Notes: generated by a model not told the origin, from the letters alone. A stretch of DNA of 64,000 bases from Parcubacteria group bacterium (GCA_016181845.1 JACOYO010000005.1:66845-130844), one strand, 5' to 3'. Shown: positions 35,721 through 45,523, counted from the first letter of the stretch. Numbers and translations are program-made.

Positions 35721-35819
35721 TTCGTCTAGCGAGGAGCGAAATGAGAATCGCAATTCTCATTTCATCCGAGCGAAGACGAAACACAGGTTAATACCTCGGG
35801 GCCTTGCCCCAAGGAACCT

Positions 35820-38582
35820 TTATTTCCTATACTTTTTCATAATCTCCGCTTCCACTTCATTTCGGTCCCGCCCGTATTTTTGATACGAATGTTCTTTGAC
35901 CCGAGTGATTTGTTCTGATTGTCCAGCTTCAAACGATGCCGTTTCAATATTAAACGGTTTTGATGGCTGTCCATTCGCTAAAAGTTTCAGATATGCGTTT
36001 CGATTATCAAGTTTCATGATATCTTCCGCGGTAAACGTCGGCGCAAATTGCTTTGCCAGATATTCGGCGTCGTCTGCCCCCACGCGAAACACAGCAAGCG
36101 AACCGACGTTTCCAAAGACCGCATTTTTTATTTTTTCATCCAGCTGGGCGATAAATTGATTGGCAATCGTGAGCGAGAGCCGATACTTGCGCGCCTCCGA
36201 AAGAATCGTGGCAATCGAATCCGTGGTAATATTTTGAAACTCATCAATGTAGAGAAAGAAATCGGCCGGTTTCGAGCGAAGCACGTCAACACGCGACAGC
36301 GCCGCCATCAAAATCTTGCCGACGATAATCAATCCGATTAAATTGGAGTTGATATCGCCCAATCGCCCTTTTGATAAGTTTACGAGAAGTATTTTACGCT
36401 CGTCCATAATCTGCCTGAAGTTAAACGCCGAGTGCTGTTGCGCCACAATTGGCCGCATGATGTCATTTGCCAAAAAGACGTCAAACTTGCTCGTGATATA
36501 AGGCACAATATTGGCAAGCGCCCCTTCCCCGCCCGCCTTCTCGGCAATGTCCGTCCAAAACTGTGTGACGACCGGATTTTTTGAGCGTGAAAGTTTCAGC
36601 GCCCGAAATGCTGTGTCTGCAAGCACGCGCGACACGTCAAGAAGCGTTGAGCCGCTCTCGGGATCTTCAATCACGAGCATCGTGGCATTTCTAAAATACT
36701 GCTCAAACATCGGCCCCATTGATTCCGGTACCGCGCCGTACAATTTTTGAAAAATACTGAAGAGCTCATTGACCACGAATGTTTTCTGTTCAGGGAAACG
36801 GGCGTCATATTCAAGCATGTTAAGCCCCATCGGACGCGCCGTCGCCCCCGGGTCAAAATAGATGACATCGTTCATACGATGTTCCGGTATGCGAGAGAGC
36901 ACATCTTCAATATCAGAGCCATGCGGGTCAATCATGCACACCCCATTGCCAGCGACGATATCCTGCGCAATCATATTTTTTAGAAGCGTGGTTTTGCCGG
37001 TTCCTGTCTGTCCGATAACATAGAGATGCCGCATTCGGTCTTCATCCGCAAAATGAATGTCAGTTTCAATATTTCTATAACGATTTGACCCGAGCACCAC
37101 CCCTTCGCGCGAGAGCGTCATTGGCGCCGGAGCGCTCCCCGCTTTTGCTTCTTTCAATTCGCGTGATGTCGTTCCCGTAACCGGAAAATGAAAGAGCGTA
37201 GTCAATTCTTTGATGTTCAGCGGAAAATTATGTTCGTCTGAAAAAAGGCGGTATGAAAATCGGTGCAATAGGGCGCGAAGTACTTCTTTTTTTACCCGCT
37301 CAAACTTGATGCCGTTGCCGCGTGTTTCCGAAAATTGATTGAATGACGATTCAAGTTCGGAAAGAATATCTTTGGCGCGGCTTTCCGTGCCTGCCGACGC
37401 GATAATGCGGATATTGGCTCCCAAAATATGGCTTCCGATTTTTGCTTCAATATGTTTAATCGCTTCTTCATCAATTTTGTGAGGTTCAAGCGGGACCGCG
37501 TTGCCATGAATATCTTTTTTCGGCAAGTCGCCGCCAAACACAAGCTCTTTAACCGCCTTCCCGAACCCGCCGGCAAACCCTTCCGGCATATCAACCGCTT
37601 TTTTGACCGGCACTCCTTTTTTTACTTTGTCTAAAATAAACGAGTAGCGTTTAATGTAATAATCGGCAATCGGCGCAAGCACTATCTGCACCGCGGCTCC
37701 TTCGCCGGTTTTTTTAATTTTTGAAAATGAATTGAGTAGCGCCGAAAGCGGGTCGCTGTCAAACGCTTCGTATGTCTTGAGCGAAAGCGCCGGAGAAAAA
37801 GCTGGCGCCGCGTACGACGCGGCAGACGCGCCGTTTTCAACAAAAATGTTATAGTCGTTTGGATTTTCTTTGAGCGTGGCGCGCGGGAACGCCGCCAAAA
37901 GCTGTTTCTCAAACAAATCAGCTTTCGTATCGGGTACACCGGCATAAAAAATCATATCCTCGCTTTCTCCGGAAATAGCGAGCTCAAGCGTAAAAGACCG
38001 CTTCCATTTTTCCGCGCTCTTTTCGTCTGTGTCTGCCACCGAAAGCATGCCTGCATAAAATTGCGCCATCGTGGTCACCATTTCTTTGAATTGTTTCTCT
38101 GATTCTTCCGGCGCCGATTGCGGAAGCGTGATTTCAAAAAGCTTCATGTGGAGCGCGCGCAAAAGCTCTTCTCGATTGACGCCATCGGTGTATCCTGCTT
38201 TGATATACTGAACCAAAAAACGATGGAAGTCGTCGTCAATGTGCGGATTGGAGAGCCGCTCCACTACAGAGAGCGCGTTTTTTATGCCATTTTCAAGCAT
38301 GATTCCAAAGAGTTCATTCATTTGCTCATCGTGCGATTCGGGAGCCAAATCAAGCGCGATTTTTTCGGCTTCATACGCTTTCATCGCATGCCCAGACGCC
38401 AGCACTTCTTCGGATTTCTTTTTGCCATATTCGCGCACCGGCAAAACGGCCGCGTGCTCGCGTTCATGCGAGGCCGCTTCTGCATCAAGTTCTTTCTCGT
38501 GCCGCGCTATTTCACGGCGCAAAAAAACCACTTCTTCTTCCGGAGTTTTGAATTTTGGCATTTCACCTTGAAATGTTTCCAT
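35820..38582 (-). CDS. large P-loop ATPase with VirD4/TraD/TrwB-like (type IV coupling protein, TraG-D_C-type) C-terminal half and ~440-aa coiled-coil-rich N-terminal region of unknown function
   Basis: GQTGTGKTTLLKN Walker A followed by MIDPHGS; LYIDEFQNI Walker B-like; RKYRLSLTIANQ...L motifs of coupling-protein family. Confidence 0.55.
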   Translation of the reverse strand: METFQGEMPKFKTPEEEVVFLRREIARHEKELDAEAASHEREHAAVLPVREYGKKKSEEVLASGHAMKAYEAEKIALDLAPESHDEQMNELFGIMLENGIKNALSVVERLSNPHIDDDFHRFLVQYIKAGYTDGVNREELLRALHMKLFEITLPQSAPEESEKQFKEMVTTMAQFYAGMLSVADTDEKSAEKWKRSFTLELAISGESEDMIFYAGVPDTKADLFEKQLLAAFPRATLKENPNDYNIFVENGASAASYAAPAFSPALSLKTYEAFDSDPLSALLNSFSKIKKTGEGAAVQIVLAPIADYYIKRYSFILDKVKKGVPVKKAVDMPEGFAGGFGKAVKELVFGGDLPKKDIHGNAVPLEPHKIDEEAIKHIEAKIGSHILGANIRIIASAGTESRAKDILSELESSFNQFSETRGNGIKFERVKKEVLRALLHRFSYRLFSDEHNFPLNIKELTTLFHFPVTGTTSRELKEAKAGSAPAPMTLSREGVVLGSNRYRNIETDIHFADEDRMRHLYVIGQTGTGKTTLLKNMIAQDIVAGNGVCMIDPHGSDIEDVLSRIPEHRMNDVIYFDPGATARPMGLNMLEYDARFPEQKTFVVNELFSIFQKLYGAVPESMGPMFEQYFRNATMLVIEDPESGSTLLDVSRVLADTAFRALKLSRSKNPVVTQFWTDIAEKAGGEGALANIVPYITSKFDVFLANDIMRPIVAQQHSAFNFRQIMDERKILLVNLSKGRLGDINSNLIGLIIVGKILMAALSRVDVLRSKPADFFLYIDEFQNITTDSIATILSEARKYRLSLTIANQFIAQLDEKIKNAVFGNVGSLAVFRVGADDAEYLAKQFAPTFTAEDIMKLDNRNAYLKLLANGQPSKPFNIETASFEAGQSEQITRVKEHSYQKYGRDRNEVEAEIMKKYRK

Positions 38583-38632
38583 TGCTTTTAGTATACCGCT
38601 CTTTATTCAAAAATGGGAGTCTGTAAAAAAAA

Positions 38633-39394
38633 TTAATTCTTCGTAACAACCTCTCCGCCATCTTTGCCGACAATAATCGTATGTTCAAAATGAGCCGAGA
38701 GAGAGCCGTCGCGCGTTCTAAATGTGTAGCCGTCTTTTCCTAACACAACATCAGGAGAACCGAGCGTGAGCATTGGTTCAAGCGCAAGTACCATGCCATT
38801 GACCAATTTTTCTCCCGTACCAGTTTTGCCAAAATTGGCAATATAGGGCTCTTCATGCACCGCGCTCCCCACGCCGTGTCCTCCCAATTCACGCACAATG
38901 CCGAGCTTCCCTTGTTTTGCCACTGCTTCAATCGCCGCTCCGATATCTCCGACATAGCCCCCGCTTTTTGCGGCCGCTATCCCCGCGTCCAGTGATTTTT
39001 TTGTCGCAAAAATAAGTTCAAGCGATTTCTCATCAACCTTTCCTACCGGAAGCGTGCGCGCCATATCAACAAACATACCTTGATGGATAAGCCCGATATC
39101 AAGCCCCACTATATCACCGTCTTTCAACGCGCGCCCATTCGGGATACCATGCACCACTTCGTCGTTTATTGAAACACAGAGCCCCGCCGGATACGGCGCG
39201 CGAGAACCTGCCGGTGTATAGCCCAAAAATGACGGAGTATCGCCCATTTCTTTTATGCGCTGTGTCGCGTGAAGATTGAGTTCTGCTGAAGTAACCCCCG
39301 GGCGCACGAGTGTTTCCACTTCATCAAGCACCAGCGCGAGCCGTTTGCCTGCTTCGCGGAGAATTTTTTCTTCAATTTTATTTTGAATAATCAT
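38633..39394 (-). CDS. map: type I methionine aminopeptidase
   Basis: Metal-binding residues in D...D...H...E...E pattern; GHGVG motif. Confidence 0.9.
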   Translation of the reverse strand: MIIQNKIEEKILREAGKRLALVLDEVETLVRPGVTSAELNLHATQRIKEMGDTPSFLGYTPAGSRAPYPAGLCVSINDEVVHGIPNGRALKDGDIVGLDIGLIHQGMFVDMARTLPVGKVDEKSLELIFATKKSLDAGIAAAKSGGYVGDIGAAIEAVAKQGKLGIVRELGGHGVGSAVHEEPYIANFGKTGTGEKLVNGMVLALEPMLTLGSPDVVLGKDGYTFRTRDGSLSAHFEHTIIVGKDGGEVVTKN

Positions 39395-39426
39395 TGAAAA
39401 ATCTTGATGGATTCAGGATTAAAAAA

Positions 39427-40023
39427 TCAATCTCTAAAAATTTTCTGCTGTAATTCAGCAAAGACCTCTTCAATTTTTTGTTCGCCATTGATATCAACAA
39501 ACCGATAGTAATTATTCTCACGATACCAATCCACCGCTGGCCGCACATCGGTTTCAAACCACCGCAATCGTTCTCTGATATCTGCTTCGTTGTCATCTTT
39601 TCTACCCCGCGCAAGCAGGTGTTTGATAGACCAGTCGTCCGACACGTTTAGATATACAACCGTCGGATTTTTTATCTCATACATCCAATTGAGCGCCGTA
39701 TCAAGCATATGCGCTTCAGCAAAAGAGCGCGGTGTGCCGTCGGCAACAATAGTCTCTTTTCCAGTAAAGCGTTCAAGGAAAAAATTTGACCACATGTTAA
39801 CCGCCAAAAAATCGGGCTGTCTATCCCCCGCGTCGTAAATCTCTTTCGCGCGCCGCGCCGAATAGTTTTCACCTTTGATAAACTCGCGGATGAGCGCTCC
39901 TGTCTGCAGATATAAAATCTCGCGCTCGGGTTCCCGTTTTTTCAATTCTTCCATCAAAAGTTTTGCCTGCGTGCCTTTGCCGCATCCGGAGCGTCCGATA
40001 AAAATATACACTTGAGAATCCAT
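39427..40023 (-). CDS. adk: adenylate kinase-like nucleoside monophosphate kinase
   Basis: P-loop GRSGCGKGTQ; position between secY and map as in spc/alpha operons. Confidence 0.75.
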   Translation of the reverse strand: MDSQVYIFIGRSGCGKGTQAKLLMEELKKREPEREILYLQTGALIREFIKGENYSARRAKEIYDAGDRQPDFLAVNMWSNFFLERFTGKETIVADGTPRSFAEAHMLDTALNWMYEIKNPTVVYLNVSDDWSIKHLLARGRKDDNEADIRERLRWFETDVRPAVDWYRENNYYRFVDINGEQKIEEVFAELQQKIFRD

Positions 40024-40039
40024 TTTTCAAGTATAACAC

Positions 40040-40132
40040 ACCCTATGAGCTTGTTAGCTTCTTAGGTTTTAGCTTTTTAAAAAATTATTTAATGAACCTA
40101 AAAAGCTAATAAGCTAAAACCTAACAAGCTCG
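40040..40132. repeat. inverted pair of the aagctaaaacctaacaagct motif between secY and adk
   Basis: agcttgttagcttcttaggttttagcttttt and aaaaagctaataagctaaaacctaacaagct are mutual inverted repeats; the same motif occurs at 31768-31795. Confidence 0.4.
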
Positions 40133-40133
40133 C

Positions 40134-41405
40134 CTAGTATTCCCGCATCGCAACTTGCGCGTCTATTTTTTTCACCAAATCAAGCACGACGGAAACAACG
40201 ATGAGAAGCGCGGTACCTCCGATGGCAAACGAACTAATGCCGGTAATCCCCTGCATCGCGAGCGGTAAAACAGCGATAATTCCCAAAAAGAGCGCGCCGA
40301 TAAAGGTAATGCGATTCAAAATATTGCCCACATACTCGGATGTTGTGCGCCCGGGGCGCACGCCCGGAATAAACGCACCGCTTTTCTGCAGATTATTTGC
40401 CATTGTCTCCGGGTCAAAGGTGATTGCCGTATAAAAATATGTAAAGAGAAACACCAGAATAAAATAGAGCGACGCGTACACCCAGGTATTTTGCAACACG
40501 GCAAGCACCATGCTTGAAACGGTTTGCACGATTGCGTTATTCACATTTGCAAGAAAATTCACAATCATTTGAGGAAAAAGCAAAATGGAAAGCGCGAAAA
40601 TAATCGGAATAACGCCCGCCTGATTTACCCGAAGCGGCAGGTAGGTGGATACGCCGCCGTAGACACGATTTCCCCTGATGCGTTTCGCGTAAGTAACCGG
40701 AATCGGGCGCTCGGCTTCAGTGATGAATACCACGCCCGCGACAATGAAAATCGCTACCGCGATAAATCCGATGTACATTGGAATTTGAGATATGTCAAAA
40801 GTAAACGCGAGCTGGCTTATTTGTGTAGGCAATCCGGAAACAATACCGGCAAAAATGAGGAGCGAAACGCCATTGCCGATGCCGCGCTCAGTGAGCAATT
40901 CCCCCATCCACATGAGGAGCACGGCGCCCGCCACGACGACGATAATATCAAGCGATTTATCAAAAAAATTAACGTACGAAAGAACTCCCTGCCGTTCCAA
41001 AAGCGTCAAAATTCCAAAACCCTGTAAAAACGCCAACGGCACCGTGAGCAAGCGCGAGTATTGATTAAATTTCTTTTTACCGAGCTCTCCTTCTTCGTGA
41101 TACATCGCCTTCAATTTCGGAGACATAATCGTGATAAGTTGCATGATTATTGAGCCGGTAATATATGGTCCAAGCCCAAGCATAACGATTGAAAGATTGG
41201 AGAGGCCTCCGCCTGAAAAAAGGTTCAGGAGTCCGAAAAACTGATTGTTTGCAAAAAATTCCTCCAGGCGAAACACGTCAACGCCGGGCACAGGAATACT
41301 CGCCCCGATACGAAAAAGAACCAGCACAAACAGAATGTACAAAATTCTTTTGCGTAGAGGAGCATCGTGCGTAATGACGCTTATTTTTTGCAAAAATGAT
41401 TGCAT
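40134..41405 (-). CDS. secY: preprotein translocase subunit SecY
   Basis: 423 aa, 10 TM helices, canonical SecY blocks. Confidence 0.9.
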   Translation of the reverse strand: MQSFLQKISVITHDAPLRKRILYILFVLVLFRIGASIPVPGVDVFRLEEFFANNQFFGLLNLFSGGGLSNLSIVMLGLGPYITGSIIMQLITIMSPKLKAMYHEEGELGKKKFNQYSRLLTVPLAFLQGFGILTLLERQGVLSYVNFFDKSLDIIVVVAGAVLLMWMGELLTERGIGNGVSLLIFAGIVSGLPTQISQLAFTFDISQIPMYIGFIAVAIFIVAGVVFITEAERPIPVTYAKRIRGNRVYGGVSTYLPLRVNQAGVIPIIFALSILLFPQMIVNFLANVNNAIVQTVSSMVLAVLQNTWVYASLYFILVFLFTYFYTAITFDPETMANNLQKSGAFIPGVRPGRTTSEYVGNILNRITFIGALFLGIIAVLPLAMQGITGISSFAIGGTALLIVVSVVLDLVKKIDAQVAMREY

Positions 41406-41407
41406 GA

Positions 41408-41860
41408 TTATGAAATTATCGCGCCTCCGGCTTTCGTTACTTTTTCTTTTGCTGACAGAGAAAGCGTAACGCGTGAAAAAGTGAGTTTTTTGGTCACCGC
41501 TCCATCACCCAAAATTTTAACACGAAGAGCACCTTGACCCTGCCTTGAAATGAGCCGCTTCGCCAAAAGCGCCTGCGGAGATACGATTTCTCCTTCATTA
41601 AAATGTTTTTCAACGGCCGAAAGATTGAGTATCGCTGGTTTCACCGTCTGCGCGTTTACTGATTCCGCGCGGTGTTTGCCGTATCCGCGGCGCTTGGGCA
41701 GTCGTTTGATAGTATCTCTGATTTCAGGGCGGATTTTTCTTCCAGCACGCGCTTTTTGTCCTTTCGTGCCGCGTCCTGAAGTCTTGCCACGCTTGCCCCC
41801 GCGCCCGACAATTTTTTTGGAGCGAGATACGGTATGCGGTTTTAATTCGTGTAGTTGCAT
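41408..41860 (-). CDS. rplO: 50S ribosomal protein L15
   Basis: MQLHELKPHTVSRSKKIVGRGGKRGKTSGRG... Confidence 0.85.
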   Translation of the reverse strand: MQLHELKPHTVSRSKKIVGRGGKRGKTSGRGTKGQKARAGRKIRPEIRDTIKRLPKRRGYGKHRAESVNAQTVKPAILNLSAVEKHFNEGEIVSPQALLAKRLISRQGQGALRVKILGDGAVTKKLTFSRVTLSLSAKEKVTKAGGAIIS

Positions 41861-41873
41861 AATAAGAAAATGA

Positions 41874-42548
41874 TTATAAAAGTTTTGCCAGCGCGGCAAC
41901 GGCGGCGCGCGCGTTATTTAATTTATTTTTGCTCCGCGATAAAATCTTTGAGGTAATATCTTTGATGCCGGCAAGGTCAAGCACTGTTCGCACCGAACTG
42001 CCAGCCACAAGACCTCTGCCCGGCGCCGGTCGTATCGTCACCTGCGAACTGCCGAATTTTGCTCCCACCTCGTGGCGAATACTCATTGTTTTAGTGAGCG
42101 GGACTTGCAGTAATTTCTTTTGCGCGTCGCGCATCGCCTTTTCAATCGCGAGCGCCGTATCAGACGCTTTGCCAAGCCCAACGCCAACACCCCCTTTTCT
42201 ATTTCCGACCACAAGCGCGACGGAAAAACTAAAGCGCCTTCCTCCCGCCATAACACGGGTAACTCGGCGCACCGCTATGACTTTGTGCTGAAATTCTGAA
42301 CGTGACTGTCGCGCGCCGCCTTCTTTTCGTGAACGCTGTCCGCCGGCTCTGCCATTTTTTGCCCCGCCATCTTTGCTTGTTTTGCCGGCATCGCGCCTAT
42401 GCGGTGCACCGTTTCGTTTTTTTCTGTCTGCAAAAAAAGACGAACGAGCCGCCGCGTGTTTTTCACCGGAAATCGCGCCGGGTTCTTTTTTGCCGGCTTG
42501 CCCAAGGGTTGGCACAGCATGAGTTTTATTTGTCATTGAATCGGTCAT
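41874..42548 (-). CDS. rpsE: 30S ribosomal protein S5 with ~85-aa basic Gly/Arg/Lys-rich N-terminal extension
   Basis: C-terminal 140 aa is canonical S5 (VIAVRRVTRVMAGGRRFSF...); no rpmD (L30) between rpsE and rplO. Confidence 0.85.
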   Translation of the reverse strand: MTDSMTNKTHAVPTLGQAGKKEPGAISGEKHAAARSSFFADRKKRNGAPHRRDAGKTSKDGGAKNGRAGGQRSRKEGGARQSRSEFQHKVIAVRRVTRVMAGGRRFSFSVALVVGNRKGGVGVGLGKASDTALAIEKAMRDAQKKLLQVPLTKTMSIRHEVGAKFGSSQVTIRPAPGRGLVAGSSVRTVLDLAGIKDITSKILSRSKNKLNNARAAVAALAKLL

Positions 42549-42561
42549 ACGATATTTTTAA

Positions 42562-42918
42562 TTAAAACAAAAGTCCCCCTTCTCTGGCGCCTTCCGCAAA
42601 TGCCTTGATGCGGCCGGTGTATATAAATCCTCCGCGGTCAAATACGGCAGTGGTAATCTTTTTTTTCATCGCCGCGTCAGCAAGCATTTTCCCCAAAAGA
42701 CGCGCGCGTTCGGTTTTGGTTCCTTTTTCAGAAATAGCGGTGTCGGAAACAGCGGCAACCGTAACACCCTTGTCATCGTTTATCAGCTGACCGTACAAAT
42801 ATTTGTTTGATTTGAAAACAGACAAACGAGGGCGAATGTCCGTCCCCTGCACTTTTGCACGAATACGCTTGTGCCGCCTTTCTCGTTTTTCTATTTTTTT
42901 ATTTTTTATCTGTTTCAT
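42562..42918 (-). CDS. rplR: 50S ribosomal protein L18
   Basis: Canonical L18 C-terminus ...FDRGGFIYTGRIKAFAEGAREGGL. Confidence 0.85.
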   Translation of the reverse strand: MKQIKNKKIEKRERRHKRIRAKVQGTDIRPRLSVFKSNKYLYGQLINDDKGVTVAAVSDTAISEKGTKTERARLLGKMLADAAMKKKITTAVFDRGGFIYTGRIKAFAEGAREGGLLF

Positions 42919-42925
42919 ATAATGA

Positions 42926-43008
42926 AAAATTAAAAACGCAAAACGAAAAGCGCAAAGGAAACGGTGCTGAATTTTGTTTTTAGTTTTTCGTTTTGCATTT
43001 TACGTTTT
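42926..43008. repeat. ~85-bp intergenic hairpin repeat, copy between rplF and rplR
   Basis: aaaaacgcaaaacgaaaagcgcaaaggaaacggtgctgaattttgtttttagtttttcgttttgcattttacg; arms aaaacgcaaaacgaaaa / ttttcgttttgc(a/g)tttt form a ~17-bp stem. Confidence 0.7.
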
Positions 43009-43544
43009 TACCCGACCGTCTTCTTCCCTTGCTTCCTTCTAATCACTTCGTTTTCATACCGAATGCCTTTGCCTTTATACGGCTCAGGTTTTTTGTAAGC
43101 GCGTATAGTCGCGGCAAATTGCCCGACCAATTCCTTGTCAATTCCGCTCACGGTAATTGTATTCTTTTCAATCACCGCCGAAACACCTTCCGGAATCCGC
43201 ACCAATACCGGATGCGAAAAGCCGAGTGCTAATTTCAAATCCTTTCCGGCAAGTTCCGCGCGGAAACCGACTCCTTCTATCAATAATTTTTTAGCAAAAG
43301 GACGGTTAACTCCCTCTATCATATTTTTGATGTGCGCCATGGTGGTGCCCCACATCATTTTTGTTTGTATTGAAGCATTCGACGGAGCCGCTTTTATTTC
43401 ATTGCCTTCTATGTGAACTGAAACTCGGTCGGCAAAACGCTTTGAAAGTTCTCCTTTCGGGCCTTTCACGGTCACCGAATTGCCACTGACAGTTACAGTG
43501 GTTTTGTCTGGAATAGTAAGTATTTGTTTGCCAATTCTGCTCAT
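43008..43544 (-). CDS. rplF: 50S ribosomal protein L6
   Basis: MSRIGKQILTIPDKTTVTVSGNSVTVKGPKGEL... Confidence 0.9.
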   Translation of the reverse strand: MSRIGKQILTIPDKTTVTVSGNSVTVKGPKGELSKRFADRVSVHIEGNEIKAAPSNASIQTKMMWGTTMAHIKNMIEGVNRPFAKKLLIEGVGFRAELAGKDLKLALGFSHPVLVRIPEGVSAVIEKNTITVSGIDKELVGQFAATIRAYKKPEPYKGKGIRYENEVIRRKQGKKTVG

Positions 43545-43551
43545 AATAATA

Positions 43552-43630
43552 AATTAAAAACGCAAAACGAAAAGCGCAAAGAAAACGGTGCTGAATTTTG
43601 TTTTTAGTTTTTCGTTTTGCATTTTACGTT
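43552..43630. repeat. ~85-bp intergenic hairpin repeat, copy between rpsH and rplF
   Basis: Near-identical to copy at 42926. Confidence 0.7.
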
Positions 43631-43636
43631 GTTATA

Positions 43637-44023
43637 CTACCAAATCTGAAAAAGCACTTCGCCGCCGACTTTCTCCGCGCGCGCTTCTTTATCGGAGAGT
43701 ATCCCTTTCGGCGTTGAGAGCACGCTCATGCCATATCCCTGTCTTACGGAAGAAAGTTCACGAAATCCTTTGTACGCGCGCTGGGATAATTTTGATACCC
43801 GTTTTGCCCCATGAATACGCGGCGATGTCCCGACATACGCAAGTTCAATAACAATCAATTTGCGCGCTTTTTTGCCAAGTATGTCAGCTGATTTTATGTA
43901 TCCTGCTTTGGCAAGCGCGAGAGCAATGGCATATTTCAATTTTGAATACGAAACCTGCACCGACGGTTTCCCGACGAGTCCGGCATTTTGTATGTGCGTG
44001 AGCATGTTTGCGATTTGGTCCAT
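43637..44023 (-). CDS. rpsH: 30S ribosomal protein S8
   Basis: MDQIANMLTHIQNA... canonical S8. Confidence 0.9.
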   Translation of the reverse strand: MDQIANMLTHIQNAGLVGKPSVQVSYSKLKYAIALALAKAGYIKSADILGKKARKLIVIELAYVGTSPRIHGAKRVSKLSQRAYKGFRELSSVRQGYGMSVLSTPKGILSDKEARAEKVGGEVLFQIW

Positions 44024-44032
44024 AATAATAAA

Positions 44033-44110
44033 TTAAAAATGCAAAACGAAAAGCGCAAAGGAAACGGTGCTGAATTTTGTTTTTAGTTTTTCGTTTTGCA
44101 TTTTACGCTT
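44033..44110. repeat. ~85-bp intergenic hairpin repeat, copy between rpsZ and rpsH
   Basis: Near-identical to copy at 42926. Confidence 0.7.
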
Positions 44111-44113
44111 TTA

Positions 44114-44299
44114 TTACCAGCTTGATTTTCTTATTCCTGGAATTTTGCCTTCATTGGCAAGTTCGCGGAAACAAATACGGCACATATCAAAAGCACGCAT
44201 GTAACCGCGCTTCCTTCCGCACCGAAAACACCGGCGCACGATTCTTGAGCTCCATTTCGGTTTCTTTTGCGAACGCGCTATAACTGATGTTTTTGCCAT
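44114..44299 (-). CDS. rpsZ: 30S ribosomal protein S14 type Z (zinc-binding, 61 aa)
   Basis: [17 protein letters not shown]...[23 protein letters not shown] (CxxC...CxxC). Confidence 0.85.
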   Translation of the reverse strand: MAKTSVIARSQKKPKWSSRIVRRCFRCGRKRGYMRAFDMCRICFRELANEGKIPGIRKSSW

Positions 44300-44394
44300 A
44301 TAAGCAATAAAAAACAAAAGCCAGCATTGCTAGCTTTGCTACATATCGTAGCAAAAGGAACCTTTGGAGTCAATATGGCATCCAAAGACTTGAT

Positions 44395-45519
44395 ATGGTA
44401 TCACTTTTGAAGAAACGCATTTATTTAAAAATGAAACCAAAGCCATATATCGCCGAAGGAGGTGAGCTAATGCCGCGCATCGTTGTCAAAAATATTCCGC
44501 TTTCAAAGATTGCCACCATGCCGCAAATGCGTGTGGTAACCGAGGAAAACGTAAAAGACTTGGTAGAAAATCTACGGGAAACGCACACTCTATTAAATCC
44601 GGTCACCGTGATGAAGAAAAATGACGCGGTGTGGCAAGAGCTTTGTAAGATTAAAAATTGCTCATTTCAAAGTCTTTCCAGATACGATTATATTCTGGTC
44701 GCCGGATATCGCCGTTTCAAAGCATTTCAGACATTGGCAAAAGAAGAGAAAGACTACGCCGCCATCCCCGCCCAAGCGCTTGCCATCAAAACGGTTGATG
44801 AATTCATGCGCTGGCAGATAACGGAAAACACGTACCACCCGCCGGAGACCGCCGAGATGGCGTACGCGGTTGCGACACTTTGGGGATATGCCGAAAAACT
44901 GTATGGAAAGGCGCCGGCGCTATCTCGCTTCTCGGCATCCATAGGATGCAGTGAAGACGCCACGCGTGGCTACATCCGGTTTGTCAGTCTTCCCAAAAAA
45001 TTGCGGAGGCTCGTTGAAGACAAACTCATTTCCTACGGCATAGCGGTTGCACTGGCTAAAATATGCGAACTGCCGGAAGACAATGGCGGCGGAGAAATGA
45101 ACGCGCTTCGGTTTGCAAACGCAATAATGATTGAGGGAAGCGGCGTCAAAGACGCGGTGCAAAAAATAAACGCGTTCATTCTGGAAAAAACATCCGGTCA
45201 GCAGGTATTATTTTCCGACGGCAATCTCATGCTTGAGATGCAGGAAGGAGTATTTGCCGGCCGCGACAAGAAAACGCGCAAAGGCCTTGCCTTTGTATTG
45301 AGCTTCTTCCAGCAAACACTTGCTTTGTTTCAAAACGGAGTTATTCCGCCAGAACGGCTTTCTCTGATACAAAAAGAAGCGGCGTGCGATTTGCTGAAGA
45401 CAATCGGGTTCTTGGAAACGCTTCTTCCGATAGTCAAAAACTCTTTGTCAACAAAAGAGCACGCCCGCGCGACAACCGTTCTTGCGGAAAGCAAAAAAGT
45501 TCTTTCAAGAATTAAATAA
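44395..45519 (+). CDS. ParB/Srx-like N-terminal domain protein with uncharacterised C-terminal region
   Basis: ...NPVTVMKK...YILVAGYRRFKAF resembles the ParB GERRxRA arginine-patch region; no parA adjacent. Confidence 0.55.
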   Translation: MVSLLKKRIYLKMKPKPYIAEGGELMPRIVVKNIPLSKIATMPQMRVVTEENVKDLVENLRETHTLLNPVTVMKKNDAVWQELCKIKNCSFQSLSRYDYILVAGYRRFKAFQTLAKEEKDYAAIPAQALAIKTVDEFMRWQITENTYHPPETAEMAYAVATLWGYAEKLYGKAPALSRFSASIGCSEDATRGYIRFVSLPKKLRRLVEDKLISYGIAVALAKICELPEDNGGGEMNALRFANAIMIEGSGVKDAVQKINAFILEKTSGQQVLFSDGNLMLEMQEGVFAGRDKKTRKGLAFVLSFFQQTLALFQNGVIPPERLSLIQKEAACDLLKTIGFLETLLPIVKNSLSTKEHARATTVLAESKKVLSRIK

Positions 45520-45523
45520 TAAT

